A DNA stretch of 64,000 nt from positions 186,001 through 250,000 of the forward strand of contig JAQGDQ010000011.1 in assembly GCA_030141605.1 (NCBI GenBank). Reading direction: 5' to 3'. This DNA comes from Tubiluchus corallicola. Taxonomy: Eukaryota; Animalia; Priapulida. Shown one piece after another: positions 26,321-38,214 of this stretch. A program made the position numbers and the translations under genes. Under the pieces are notes generated by a model that saw only the letters and a list, made by a program, of their open reading frames with translations, did no database searches and was not told the DNA's origin. Numbering within the stretch: position 1 is the first letter of the stretch; each line of letters opens with the position of its first letter.

Positions 26321-26729
26321 AATAAGCCTTTTCACAGTTTCATTGTGCACATGCACGGTTGTCACAGACCAAAGATTAAGTGTACCACAGCAACACATCT
26401 TAACGACAACAGTCATGTGACATGTGGCTAAAGCAAAGCCATTTGCTGCATCAGTTCAGTAACTTTAGTTGTTTTACGTGGATTCTACTTAATTATGCAT
26501 TAGTCAATGCTCGTTAGTCTAGTTATTAGAGTGATTTACTAGCAGGATCTTGTTTGCGGACAAGAAAAAATGAACTAGGTAAGGTTCTACCTAGCTGTTA
26601 AAGTGGTTACTATTACAATAGCTTGAGCTGCAAGGCATTGTTAAGTGTACATAAATGCGTTGTCTGGTATACTTAGCCTCTGACCTTTTCACGATCATCA
26701 TCTGTTGCTGGAACTGTGAAAGGCTTACT
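26321..26729 (+). mobile_element. Full-length AATAAGCC-terminal MITE
   Basis: TIRs aataagccttttcacagtt ... aactgtgaaaggcttact; four copies in the window. Confidence 0.85.
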
Positions 26730-28119
26730 GAGGAAAATGTGGCATTTTCAAACCATATCATTCTTCTTCATGCACTCTCTTAAAAAATATTTCTTCTTTG
26801 ATTATTTTCCAACTATCCCACAACATGTTAAAGCTCTATTCTGCATTGATTTCAGCAGACAAAAGTTTTTACATTGAATTCTCAAGTTCTAAATAATGAA
26901 CTCTGCTAAAGATGTCCTTGTCAATTTGTCAAACACTGACACTAAACTTTAACTTTTACACCTGTTTTCTCAATGATTTCTTTTACTATGGATGAGTCAT
27001 ATTCTATAGAAGAAACAGCAAAGCAGGGCGCATAAAAATGCACATACATCTGATGGAAGCAAAAATTAATTTTTCATCAAACGGTAAAAACAAGAGAAAG
27101 ATTGTGCTTTTCTAAATTCATTTCACGCTGCAGTCAAATCTCTTTATACCGACTGCTATGGAACTTCAGAACAAATTGGCATTAGTGAGATTGGCACCAT
27201 AACAAGATGCATTAATGTAATTATGCAATTATAGACATTTTGCTTTGATAAAAATTTGGGCATTAAGCTACAATTTTCTGTTAATACTACTCTATTGGTT
27301 TCAATGGAAGACAATAGAGATGATTTAGATATATTACGACAAATGTTTGATTTACTACGGCAGAGCCAATACTTTACTCGTGAAATTTTGTCACTGTTCA
27401 GAAGACAATTGTTTCAGTAATGCTTACTGCACTACTTTTTATTGTATGCCCACTTGGAGACATTTTTATTCTTACAATCTTAGGAAACTCAAGGTTGCAT
27501 ATAATGCATCAGCGTTACAAGCTGTTTAACTTTTCGTATGATATTTCGCCAGATCTATTTCGACTAGATTTAATCTTACTTATTTTGATGTGATTCACAA
27601 TGTGTATACAGCTTATACATCGGGCTAAATAAGAGTGAAAATTTTATATGCAAGAGCATTTTAAACAGTGATGTAAAGTTTACTTCTGAAATTAGAAGTC
27701 TTTGATGCTAGTTTGTTATACTGTTAATTGCTATTTGTGTTATTATTGTGATTACTATTGCATTTTTTCTATTAATTTGTGATGTGTATATGAACTTTGT
27801 AAAGTTTGAAATAAAATATCAAATGAAAAAATCAATCAATCAATGGGCTTTAATGGACAATGTTAATAAGTTACTTGGTTTCAATGGGCTTTAAAGCACA
27901 ATGTTCTTAAGCTGCATGTAAGTGTCACCTCCAGCTGTAAGACCTTTTATTAGAATGAAAATGTTTTAATTGCACAGTATGGCATTTCTTCGTGTGTAGC
28001 CTAGTGACTTATAGTGTGATCCCAGGTCCCTTTGTATGTTAGATATTTTTTGTTTAATGCAAGGCAACTAATAAACAAATATTCTAGTCAATGATCGGAT
28101 TGACAGGAACAAACTGTCT

Positions 28120-28300
28120 GAATTTCAGACCCATCATACAATAAGAGGGCATTAACTTAAAAATCAACAAGAAATCTGTTTCAAAATGCTAAGAAGACAA
28201 TTTCGTTGCAGCTCGTGTTTTAAATGTCTGGAACAAGTTTCCTGAGTATGTAGTGAGCAGTTCTTTGGGCCCATAATTTAAAGCTTGATTTAGATCGATT
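28120..28300 (+). mobile_element. CR1-type LINE 3' ORF2 relic
   Basis: Translates to TIRGH*LKINKK...FVAARVLNVWNKFPEYVV, matching the CR1 RGH..RVVxxWNxLP terminus. Confidence 0.7.
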
Positions 28301-28957
28301 CTGACCCAATTACCCAAGAAATACATTGAACTTAAGACTTCTCCAATGGCAGAAAGACACTTGGCTTGTTAAGAAAACATAGCACTTCATCATAGTACAA
28401 CCACCTATTAAAATATTTAACACAAGTAAAGCATCCAAAGAGTGATCATCTACACTTAACCCCTATCGATGCTAAAAGCTGTGAATTTATGTCTAAGCAG
28501 TACCAGTACAACAGAGATGGAAAACATAATAGGTGCTAAATTTCATCTGTGGCTTACAGACATAATTAGAGCAATACTAGAACATACAATTATGGTGATA
28601 TGATTAAGAATTGTACCTGGTATAGTATATGGTCAATTTTCATGCATTACTATTGAACAAGTCCCATTTTAGTCAAGCTACAGAAACTAATTAATAGTCA
28701 AAAAATAATGCAAAACCATCTGTAAATAACATTATCAATGGACATATCCAAAACGCACACCGATTTCAATTTTTGAAACACAACTACTAAAGCATGTCAG
28801 AGATGGGCAGATAGCGGACTTGCACTTGTGGAATTCACACTAATTTTACAGTTTGCAGATAGTAAATTATAAGCGGATATGCGGACTGTGGATTTTTAAT
28901 GTCTAAAATTGCGGATTTTACGCGAAATTGCAGAAAAGCAAATATTTAAGGAAGATT

Positions 28958-29990
28958 TTCAATTCAATTCAATTTATGTTTCACAAATACAATAGTGTAT
29001 CATGGAAAAAATTATAGTTACAAATAAAAAATTAATTAAGGTACAAGAAATACGAGCGAAATGTAACAAATACAAATACAATTATGCACCATTGCAAAAA
29101 CATGAGTTTGTACAACTTACTTAAAAAGCTTACTTAAATCTAATAAGAAATTATGTGCTCTTATGAAATCATATTTGATGCTACAACTACAAAGAACTAG
29201 TAAAAACACAAAACCTAAATAGTTAAAATAATCACAAATGGGATTGAATTACACAATGACAGGACAAGGTTTATTCAGCGCTCACAGATTACCACCAAGA
29301 TATAATTGCCATTTTTTATCACATTCATTTAAGTAGTTTCCAAAGTGAATAAGGTCTTCTGGGTCTGTATAAAGCCACATTACCTTTTTGTAAAGACAGA
29401 TTATATATTTTGTGCTCATATTTTTGTCTAATATCTTCATACAAAGGACAACTAAAAAGGTAATGTAATTTATTTTCTACTAATTTTGAGCTATTGTTGT
29501 GACAGTATTTTTATTTTTATATCTACCGCGTTTTATTTCCAGGTCATGGTCGCTGATATGTAATTTTGTAATCTTTTGTCTCCGTTTCTTATTAAACGTC
29601 TCCGTTAGAAATAATTTTTAAATAATCTTCTGATTCATAATTGATTTTTACATGGCTATAAAATCTTAGTTTGTTTTTGCCACCATAATGTCTAGCACTT
29701 ATCATTATATGTAGCTCTGTAAAAAATAGTTTTCTGTCCCCTGATTTGCGATTCAGACACGTTTTGTCAATTTCATCTACACCACAGGTTTGAAATCTTG
29801 GAAAATATGCTCATTTTGCATAAAGCTGTTTCACTTCTTCATGAGACTGATAACTATGCACATTTTTAAATGATGTATTCCTTGGCTTTATATATGTCAT
29901 TAATAAATATTACTTTTTTAGTGAAGAATTGTTGATGCTTGAATTAGCGGCCTAATTCAGCTTTGCACGCTATATTGCCTTTATTGGAAG
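28958..29990 (-). mobile_element. Non-LTR retrotransposon 3' fragment with (TTGAA)n tail
   Basis: Minus strand reads RRQKITKLHISDHDLEIKRGRY..C...VENKLHYLFSCPLYEDIR, an ORF2 C-terminal zinc-knuckle-like region; tail ttcaattcaattcaa at about 28958-28973. Confidence 0.75.
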
Positions 29991-29996
29991 CCACAT

Positions 29997-30129
29997 ATTT
30001 TCAATTGTTTGAACAAAAAGATTTCCCAATTTAAAACCCAATTTGCGCAAAAAAACATTTTTTTGTTTTGTTAACAAAACAAAAAATGTACTTAAATTGG
30101 GTAAATGTTTTGTGCAAACAATTGAAAAT
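29997..30129. repeat. Near-palindrome (fold-back) of about 130 bp
   Basis: Outer arms attttcaattgtttgaacaaaaagatttcccaatttaa and ttaaattgggtaaatgttttgtgcaaacaattgaaaat; inner palindrome acatttttttgttttgtt|aacaaaacaaaaaatgt. Confidence 0.75.
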
Positions 30130-30766
30130 CTTCCCTACATAACATTTCCTTGCTTGTTGCCTTACAAATTAATTTAATTAGTTACTTTTATCATTGCTAG
30201 AAAACTAGTAACATTATCATTACTAGAAAAAGTAATAAAACACCAACAGTCCACAGGCAGTGGAGGAATCGCGACTGACCAGACCGAGCAATACAAGATA
30301 CCTTTCCACTTGCCAATACTGTCAAAGTGTAAAAAGAGGAAGTGACGAAATTTATTATTGTGTATTTTGTTTTTTTGCGATTAGCGGCTAGGCTGGCGGC
30401 ATCAAACGGCGGATGATTAAAAAATTTTGAACGGCGCATTGACTGCGACAATAATATGCTTAAGTTCACCAATAATGTTGGCATACGCGCAGTTTCAATA
30501 AGCCAAATTCACTTTTGCGTTTTTAATAAAAAAGAATATCTCAATTAAAAGCAATTATTAGTTTAAAAAAACTGAAAACATTTCATGAAAAGGAAAAAGA
30601 TTGTGGCAATAAGTTTGTATCATGTACTTGCAAATACTTCTTCATTTTTCTTGTAAGTAAAATTTTATTGTTCTTTCCGAGGAAAGAAGCTAGCTGAGTG
30701 TGTGATGGGCTGCCTACTATGTAAAAAAGTAACACATTTTTTATTGATTTTTCTCTCCTTCCCTCT

Positions 30767-30923
30767 CTTAGAGAGAAAGAGAGACAGTGAAAGGGAGGGA
30801 GAGAGAGAGAAAGAGAGGGAGGGAGAGAAAGAGAGACAGTGAAAGGGAGGGAGAGAGAGAGAAAGAGAGAGAGTCAGAGAGAGGGAGGGAGGGACAGAGA
30901 CAGACACACACAGAGAGAGAGAG
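30767..30923. repeat. (GA)n / polypurine microsatellite
   Basis: gagagaaagagagacagtgaaagggaggga... with an internal duplication. Confidence 0.9.
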
Positions 30924-31476
30924 ATCCTTCTTTTCCTTTTGTTGTAGGTTCTACCATTTGTTTCTTGATCGTTTTTCTCCAATGCGAGGTAGCGGATTTG
31001 GCACATTAAAAATTGCACCCATTTACGTGCCCTGCAATTAATCTATATAATTATACATATATTATATTGTAGGTTTGTATATAAATAATGCACACACGCT
31101 CGCACGCACACAAGTAATTGCATATGGTGCTTCATATATAAATAATTAATACAGTAGTAGAGATGAGTAGGACTGAACTGTCAGCCTAGGGCGTCATAAC
31201 GTCTTGATACACCCATGCACACACACTCATATACATGCATGATGTATGCATTATTACATACAAAGATTCTATGAAGCAGAGCCTATATATTTAACTATAT
31301 AAAATGATTGTGATTAGCACCTATGCCTGTATAAAATCAATTAATATAAGCCCATCAATAAATAATATTTATCAAGACTTGTCTGTGGATTTAGCCACAG
31401 GTGTTTTATTAGTACGCTTATACAAGTACATTTTTTACACGTAAACAAACTGTATTTAATGAACATTTCTTTTGAC

Positions 31477-31661
31477 GTAAGCCTAACTGAATCTTAAAAA
31501 AATTAGGCTAAATATAAGTGATGTCTACACATGATATATAAGGTGTTATGACATGCCTGCCGATTCTAAGTAAGTCTAACTGAATCTTAAAAAATTAGGC
31601 TAAATATAAGTGACGTCTACACATGATATGTAAAATGTTATTACCCGCATGCAGATTCTAA
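31477..31661. repeat. Tandem duplication of about 93 bp (2 copies)
   Basis: gtaagcctaactgaatcttaaaaaaattaggctaaatataagtgatgtctacacatgatat... repeats starting at 31570. Confidence 0.85.
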
Positions 31662-32447
31662 TTTATGCGCCAGGTTTGCTTCTCACCTGAATTCTGTAAC
31701 TTGAATTTGACCTAGTTAGTTGGTTGTTATAGAGGTGGAAGTAATGTCGGCTGCTGAGTATGACAGCTCTGACGTTTCCTTTTGTTCACTGACAATAAAA
31801 AAGAGGAGTAATGTCGTAAATGCATCATCGTTTGTTCAACGTGATTTTATAACCAACTCCAACTCATAACAAAGGCCAATGTATGACTATATGCTTTTTA
31901 AACATCTTTTAACTTGGAATTAACAAAACATGCAGATGCTTAGATTAAGTTTTGTTCTGGAAAAATTATTTGCTCTTCTGAAAAAATCGTTTTTTTTTCT
32001 ATGAAAGCTATTATACATGAAAGCCAGGCCTAATATTTCTTCAAGTTATATTTTGTTGATAAGAACATATTAAATAGGATTGTTTTTTCAGAAAAAATAT
32101 TTCTCCAGAAATAGAATACTACTACATGAGCCAGGTATTTGCAGACTTTCTTTATGATCAACTTTCTTAACTTCTTTTGTAAATAAGCCTATTAATTTTC
32201 ATGAGATATGAATATAATAGTTTTTATTTTAACTACTAATTATTCTTAATGCCTTATGCTTGCTTTAAATAATATTCAAAAATATAACAGCTGCTATAAA
32301 TTGCCAAAGACAGATGTAGGCCTTGCAGTCTTTGCTTAGTGTACAAAATATTTAACTTGTAACAAAAGTTACAAAACTGTGTTATAATTACCTGGCTGCA
32401 TCCTCGGGAAATTAAAAAGATATTTTTATTTGTGTTTTTACAACTCA

Positions 32448-32800
32448 CTGCTAAGCAATTTATGAGCGCCTGTCGTCCGGCCTGACTTTGGTGGTCTCAT
32501 CAATTCATCTGCTACAGTACACACCGGTGTGCGAACAGCTTGCGTTATAGCGCACCTGACAACACTGCTGTGCCGCTAGGACGACACTAACTGCGCGAAC
32601 TGGTGCATATTCCGTGGTCCATATTCTTTGATACTGTACTTTGCTTCGATTTCAGTGCTTCTAGTCAGTCATGTTGGGCGCCGAGTAACCCACTAGCCGA
32701 AGTAGGACGTGTCGTACATGGACTGCCCAAGTATGACATTTGAGACAGGTCGCGAATTGAGTTGTTAAACGTACTGGCACCGTCCGTTGTCCTTGTTTAT
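32448..32800. promoter_or_regulatory. CpG-rich island; candidate bidirectional promoter and first exon between the divergent HPS6-like and IQCB1 genes
   Basis: GC and CpG content well above the flanks; minus-strand donor CA|GTGAGT at about 32448; lies at the strand switch. Confidence 0.4.
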
Positions 32801-33289
32801 ATAATAATAATAATAATTAAAAACGTCAATACACGTCGAATAATTTTTTATACATCTGATGAAATAAAAGAATTTTATTCTGAGCTGGTTGAACGGACAA
32901 TACTAAATTTGGCTTGGTTATTGACTTGAAGACTAGAGGATATATTCATAAAGTTCATTTTCTGTGGAAATATACATTCTAGGTAGTAAATGGAATAGTC
33001 ATAGCACACTACCTTAGTGAGATTAAATCTGTGATTGTCGAATATTAAAAATTTTGCAAACAATTTCGATTTCTAACTTGCCTGTATGTCTATGGCTTGT
33101 GTAAGCATAGGAACACTGTGTTCAATACACTTTACCTCCAAGGTCTCACCAAAGGTTTCTTTTATTGACACACATGCTTTGAAAGAAAAGTAATGAAAGT
33201 TAGTAACAGTAAATTTTTCTTACAGAGCAGTAGCTGCTGGCAAGTCATAAATATTTTTGTTCTTGTTAGTAGTAGTTAATAATATTAGG

Positions 33290-33545
33290 TAGTCGTAGCC
33301 TAAATTGGATACATGTTATCGGGTGGTGATCGTGTCTGGAATCGTGTAAGCTTGGACAAGCTTGTGTTGTACCCCCTAATCTTTTTCAAGAACTCCTCCA
33401 AGTGACTCTTGAAAGCATTTACAGTGGTACAGTTCATCGCTTCCTCCGTTAACCGGTTCCGTGTATTAATAACTTTTGGCTGAAAGTCTATTTTCTATTA
33501 ACTCCATTGCTGTTTTGCACCTTTATATTCTTTACTCTAGATTAC
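33290..33545 (-). mobile_element. CR1-type LINE 3' relic
   Basis: Minus strand reads RK*TFSQK/VINTRNRLTEEAMNCTTVNAFKSHLE. Confidence 0.7.
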
Positions 33546-33919
33546 TGAAACTTATTACCTCTAATACAAAAAAAACTTATGATAAATCTCTCTGTAAGGT
33601 TATCGTTTACACACATATATGTATATGTATGCATATATGTTTGTGTATAAGTATATGTACGTATGTATGTATCTGTGTGTGTATGTATGTATATGCATTA
33701 CTTAGATGGGTTTACTATGCTATTTCCAAAAATAAAAAAAAAACACTATTTCATTTGTGTTTTACTGGATTTGCTTTATTGGTAGGTCGCTGAACATCTT
33801 CAGTCCGATTGGAAATATACTTGCTTGCCTGCTTGAATATATTTGCTATATTTATGATAAAATTTTGCTTTTTTTAAACTGTCACGTTTAAAATTTAATT
33901 ACAGTTTTTTTGCTTGCTT

Positions 33920-34470
33920 TTCATTTATTAGCTGCATTTATAAATTGACTGCATTGCTTGTTTTTTGTTTTTATTTGTTACATTATGATTACTGATTGTT
34001 TTTGTTCATTTACTACATTTAAGATTTACTGCACAAATTTTCTTCCTTTTGTTTATTTGTTACACTCATGATTTAGCTACATTTTCGTTCATTCGCTGCA
34101 TTTTAGTTCATTCGCCGCATTTATGATTTAACCACATTGATTGCTTTTTTGTTATTGCATTCATGATTTAACTGCACCTTGTTCGGTTGTTGCTTTTAAT
34201 ATTTAACTGCATTATTTGCTTGCTTTTTTCCATTGGTATAATCATAATATAACTGCATTGCATTTTGTTTATTTGCTATACTTAAGATCTAACTACATAT
34301 TATCCACCTAACCATGTACTCTTATACTATTCCTAAGTTATATGGGGGTGGCTGACTCGATGACCTCCTGGTCTTTCGCCACCCCATCTCTACACACTTT
34401 ACATAATTTGTTGTAATTGCGCTATAAATATTATATTTTAGATAAATAAACTTTTTGAATTGAATTGATA
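33920..34470 (+). repeat. Degenerate T-rich tandem repeats ending in a LINE-like 3' end with a (TTGAA)n tail
   Basis: Recurrent tttgttcattt / gatttaactgcat units; hairpin ggggtggc...gccacccc, then aataaa and ttgaattgaattga. Confidence 0.45.
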
Positions 34471-35738
34471 AGCTAGTCTAATTTTTTTTGGAGTGACCCA
34501 TTCAATAAGTATCACTATCAGCCAGTATAACTATAAAATATTTTTCTACAAATATTTCATGAATCACTTATGACCAGCACCGGTCTAATGGTTAAGCCTA
34601 AATGTTAATAACTTATTTTGCCCTAGTACTTTATCGTGTGTTACAAGAGATAAAAAAATTTATCTGAACCTATGCACCTAATTTCTATTAAACAGATATG
34701 CACCGAGTGGATTTTGATAATGATGGTGATTACCAAAATATTGATTTCTTACGGCGCGTGCCAACTAGTGAATTTTTTTTCCAGATAACTCAAAAGTGTT
34801 CAGACTAGAGATCAAAACTTCCTGCAAGCTGACATTCACTTCTGTATTTGTTTTGAGAAGTGTTGAGAGTAATTTGGCCAGGCATTCACACTAGATAGTA
34901 AATCAATTTGCAGCAATTTTGGAGAGTTTGCAATTTCTTGCTGACTGTAGCGCAGAAAGTTGATCACATTTGCAAGATTGCTGTTGAAGAGAAAACTCGC
35001 GATGGAAAACTTGCAAGTCCGACCATACTGTTTTAAGCATGCAGTATAGATGTAAAAATTAAACTTCAAGAGAATCAAAGTTTGTGTATTCTCTTGACAT
35101 TCAGAAGTCTGACCTTGACAGCCATTTAACTATAATAATCTTATTAAATTTATTTCATATAATTGTGAAGATTTATGAAAACGTTTGTGATGCCTATTGT
35201 GGCTGGTTAAGGTGCTTAAAGGTCAACTTAGCTTATAAAGTCTAACTTTAACCTAAGAGCAAGAGAAAAATGCTATTTAATTTTAGAATTTGTGTTATCT
35301 TTGTAACTCTCTTTTTTGCTTATATTCTTACACTTATACGTAAATGCTAATAGTTAAAAAAGGCATCAACAAGGCACATATAGTGGTTAAACATAAAATG
35401 CTTTTTATTCCTCAGTCGGCTGTAGATGCTTTATTTGTATTATAAAGGTGGTAGCACTAAGTCTGACAATAAATATACTTCTGTTTCTGTGTAATCGCAC
35501 ACTCGGCTGAAAATCTTATCTTATAATTTTTTTTCGTAATTTCATATACTTACTTAATGCAGTCATATAAAAGCATATTTTTTTAACATAAAACGTAAAT
35601 CTGAATAGTTAATGTAACATCAATTTTGTTGTTTTGTCAAGAATGCAGCTATGGTTTCCTTAATGCACAGGGTGTACGGTTGTCATTTTTTAGTCTTTTT
35701 TTGATTTTCAGTGTTTATCAAAGACTTGTGTATTAAAA

Positions 35739-37520
35739 ATGCCAAGTGGAAAAGACTCCAAATGGTACAAGCAGGAAATTCTCAAAGTTGCTGAGGACAT
35801 AACTTCTTGTCAAAAAGTACAATCGTCTGATACAAATCGTCTTACAGCTTTCTTTCGGTTGGAAGGAATTATTAGCAAATTCACCACTGCAGAAGAAGCA
35901 AATGATTCTGCTTTGTTTTTGCTGGATCTTGGAATATTGCAGCTTGCCTGTCAGATTTTGAAAGAAGACTTTTCAAAGCCGCCTAACACTGTGAATTCTG
36001 GAGTCCGTTTAGGTGCTCTTTTCAGTAAAATTGTAGCAAACTTTTCATCAAAGCCTGTGAAGGATGAGTTTAGAAAATGTGCTGCAGAAGGCGTGGAAAA
36101 TTTACTTGTCCTAGCAAAGCATGTGCAGGATAGATATTTACTTATCCCTGCCATCACACAGTATGTGCAAGCAAGGGAAGAAACTTTGCAACACTTTACA
36201 AAAGTACTCGAAGCAGTCGAACTGGTGGCATTGGCTCATTTGCATTTGTGCAAAACATTTTTTTCCTCTACGTGGCTGCTTCGTTTGCTCATTACTGATG
36301 ATGCTGACTCAAGCATGGCTGTCATGGCAACAGTACGAAACATAATTAAATCCAATTCAGAAGCACTGGTAGCTGTTGATGACACGGTTCTTGACTCAAT
36401 TCTGGATGAACTAATTTACAAACTTTCAGTAAGTAACAATGCTGCTGTGGGCAGAGCAACGTGTAAAACTGTGATATTTTTGGCAGAAAGCAGTGGTAAA
36501 GTGCAAAGCTCAATAAATAATCATTTCAAAGGACTCAAGTTGCTGTTGAGTAGATGGAAGGGAAAGGGATTTTTCCCAGAGTTACATCAGTTATTGCGCT
36601 TTGTTGAAGCTGATTCATCAAAGTTGCCGGAATGGGAAATATACCATGAGGCAGCGACTGTAATTCAAGCTGCGTACAGAGGACACAGAGACAGAAAAAA
36701 GCTTCAAACCATTAAAAAATCATTTTCCCAATTTCTTTACAAATGGAGGCAAGCAAGAGACAATAGACAAAAAGCTATGCATGAAGACAAACAGCTGTCC
36801 ATATTACGGGAACAGCTGCTAGCCAGCCGAAGGGCTGCACTTCGAAAGCTTAGAGAAAAGCAACTTGCTTGCATTGAACTTCTACCTGCAGCTGAGGTCA
36901 ACCTGTATTTAGCCAACGAACAGATTCATGCAGCCACTCGCATACAGTCAAGTTGGAGAGGTTATGAAACAAGAAAAAATATTCATCTCTTGCTGGAGGA
37001 GAGAAAGTTTGTGAAACAGGTTATTGTGATACAACGGGCTGTGAGGAAGTGGTTATCGAGAAAGCAGTCTAAGAAAAAGAAAGAACTGTCTGTTTTTGTA
37101 AGTCATATTCCCGATGAACGTCGAGTGCAGCTTCAACAACAAATCAGTGCTTGGCAGGAAACACATTGGCATGTCGCTGGCAGCAGGGAAGGCTTAGAAG
37201 AAACTCATAAAAAGGCGCAAGATATGTTAGCGAACTATGTAATTAACCACAAAAATGCAGAACGGCAGAGTGACCACATTTCTTCAGTGATTGCGAGAAT
37301 AAAATGTTACGAGGAACTTTTAGAAAATGCACCAAGTTTAAAAATGGTTAGTGATGCAGACGTCACTAATTTTACGAACAATTCTACTGCCATAGCTACA
37401 AAAGCTCGTATTGCACATAACGAGATGCTTAATAAAACGAAGCAGCGCTGGTGGGAGAAGTTAGACCAAGATGATGATAAAGAAGAACCTTATTTGGACA
37501 ATTTCTTTCAAAAGATGTGA
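35739..37520 (+). CDS. IQCB1: IQ calmodulin-binding motif-containing protein 1 (nephrocystin-5), 593 aa, single-exon CDS
   Basis: ARM-like N-half; three IQ motifs (IQAAYRGHRDRK, IQSSWRGYETRK, IQRAVRKW); coiled coil; C-terminal WWEKL. Confidence 0.9.
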   Translation: MPSGKDSKWYKQEILKVAEDITSCQKVQSSDTNRLTAFFRLEGIISKFTTAEEANDSALFLLDLGILQLACQILKEDFSKPPNTVNSGVRLGALFSKIVANFSSKPVKDEFRKCAAEGVENLLVLAKHVQDRYLLIPAITQYVQAREETLQHFTKVLEAVELVALAHLHLCKTFFSSTWLLRLLITDDADSSMAVMATVRNIIKSNSEALVAVDDTVLDSILDELIYKLSVSNNAAVGRATCKTVIFLAESSGKVQSSINNHFKGLKLLLSRWKGKGFFPELHQLLRFVEADSSKLPEWEIYHEAATVIQAAYRGHRDRKKLQTIKKSFSQFLYKWRQARDNRQKAMHEDKQLSILREQLLASRRAALRKLREKQLACIELLPAAEVNLYLANEQIHAATRIQSSWRGYETRKNIHLLLEERKFVKQVIVIQRAVRKWLSRKQSKKKKELSVFVSHIPDERRVQLQQQISAWQETHWHVAGSREGLEETHKKAQDMLANYVINHKNAERQSDHISSVIARIKCYEELLENAPSLKMVSDADVTNFTNNSTAIATKARIAHNEMLNKTKQRWWEKLDQDDDKEEPYLDNFFQKM

Positions 37521-38214
37521 TATGATTCCTAATACCTATATTCCTAGTGTGCACATATGTCTTTTGAATGTTTTCAGCTTATTCTTAACACATACTTTGT
37601 ACTTCTTTTACAAAAACACTTTATAATATCATCATCTTTGGCCATTCACTGCATAGTCCTTGTTACTCAAGTTGTCATAGCAAAATGTAACGAATGTAAA
37701 GTATTTTTCCCATCTCGTTTGTGTTTGCTGTTTAATACACAAAATGAATATTTGTGAATTCTTGTGAATACAGGCTTGTCATTTTGTTTTGGTGTTAAAG
37801 TTATGCTATTAGCCTAGTGCGTATTTGTTAGCTAAAGACAGAATTATATAGCTCATTGTTGTCTGTAATATATTTCTTGCTAAATGCTTTATAGAGACTT
37901 GCTTTGCTAGTGCTTTTGAAACTGCTATTAATGATTTTTCACTGTTTACCCTATCAAATGTTTGCTTTTATAGATAAGACGTGCATACATTGACATAATG
38001 AGTAAATATATTTCAAAGTTCATTCACTAGTATGAATAGTTTTAGGAATTATCAGTGCAGTAACTGATATTAAATGTTTATCAATCTCAGACTTTTTAAA
38101 TACTTTACAAATTCTCTGTAACTGATATCATTGCAGTGAAAAATTTATTTGTTCGAAATTTTGATGAAGGTTAATTATTTGTTTACAGTAATTTGACAGC
38201 AGCAGTCCAGCACT

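Noticed and set aside
30665-31041. ORFs rich in LS or RE dipeptides
   Set aside because: Translation of the (GA)n microsatellite.
32695-32705. Adjacent GGCGCCCAAC (minus strand, about 32673-32682) resembling a tRNA-Lys primer-binding site
   Set aside because: No adjacent LTR (TG...CA) or gag/pol sequence, and the match is too short.
33765-33810. CTGAAGATG hammerhead-like motif on the minus strand
   Set aside because: Stem I/II pairing and the GAAA core are not supported.
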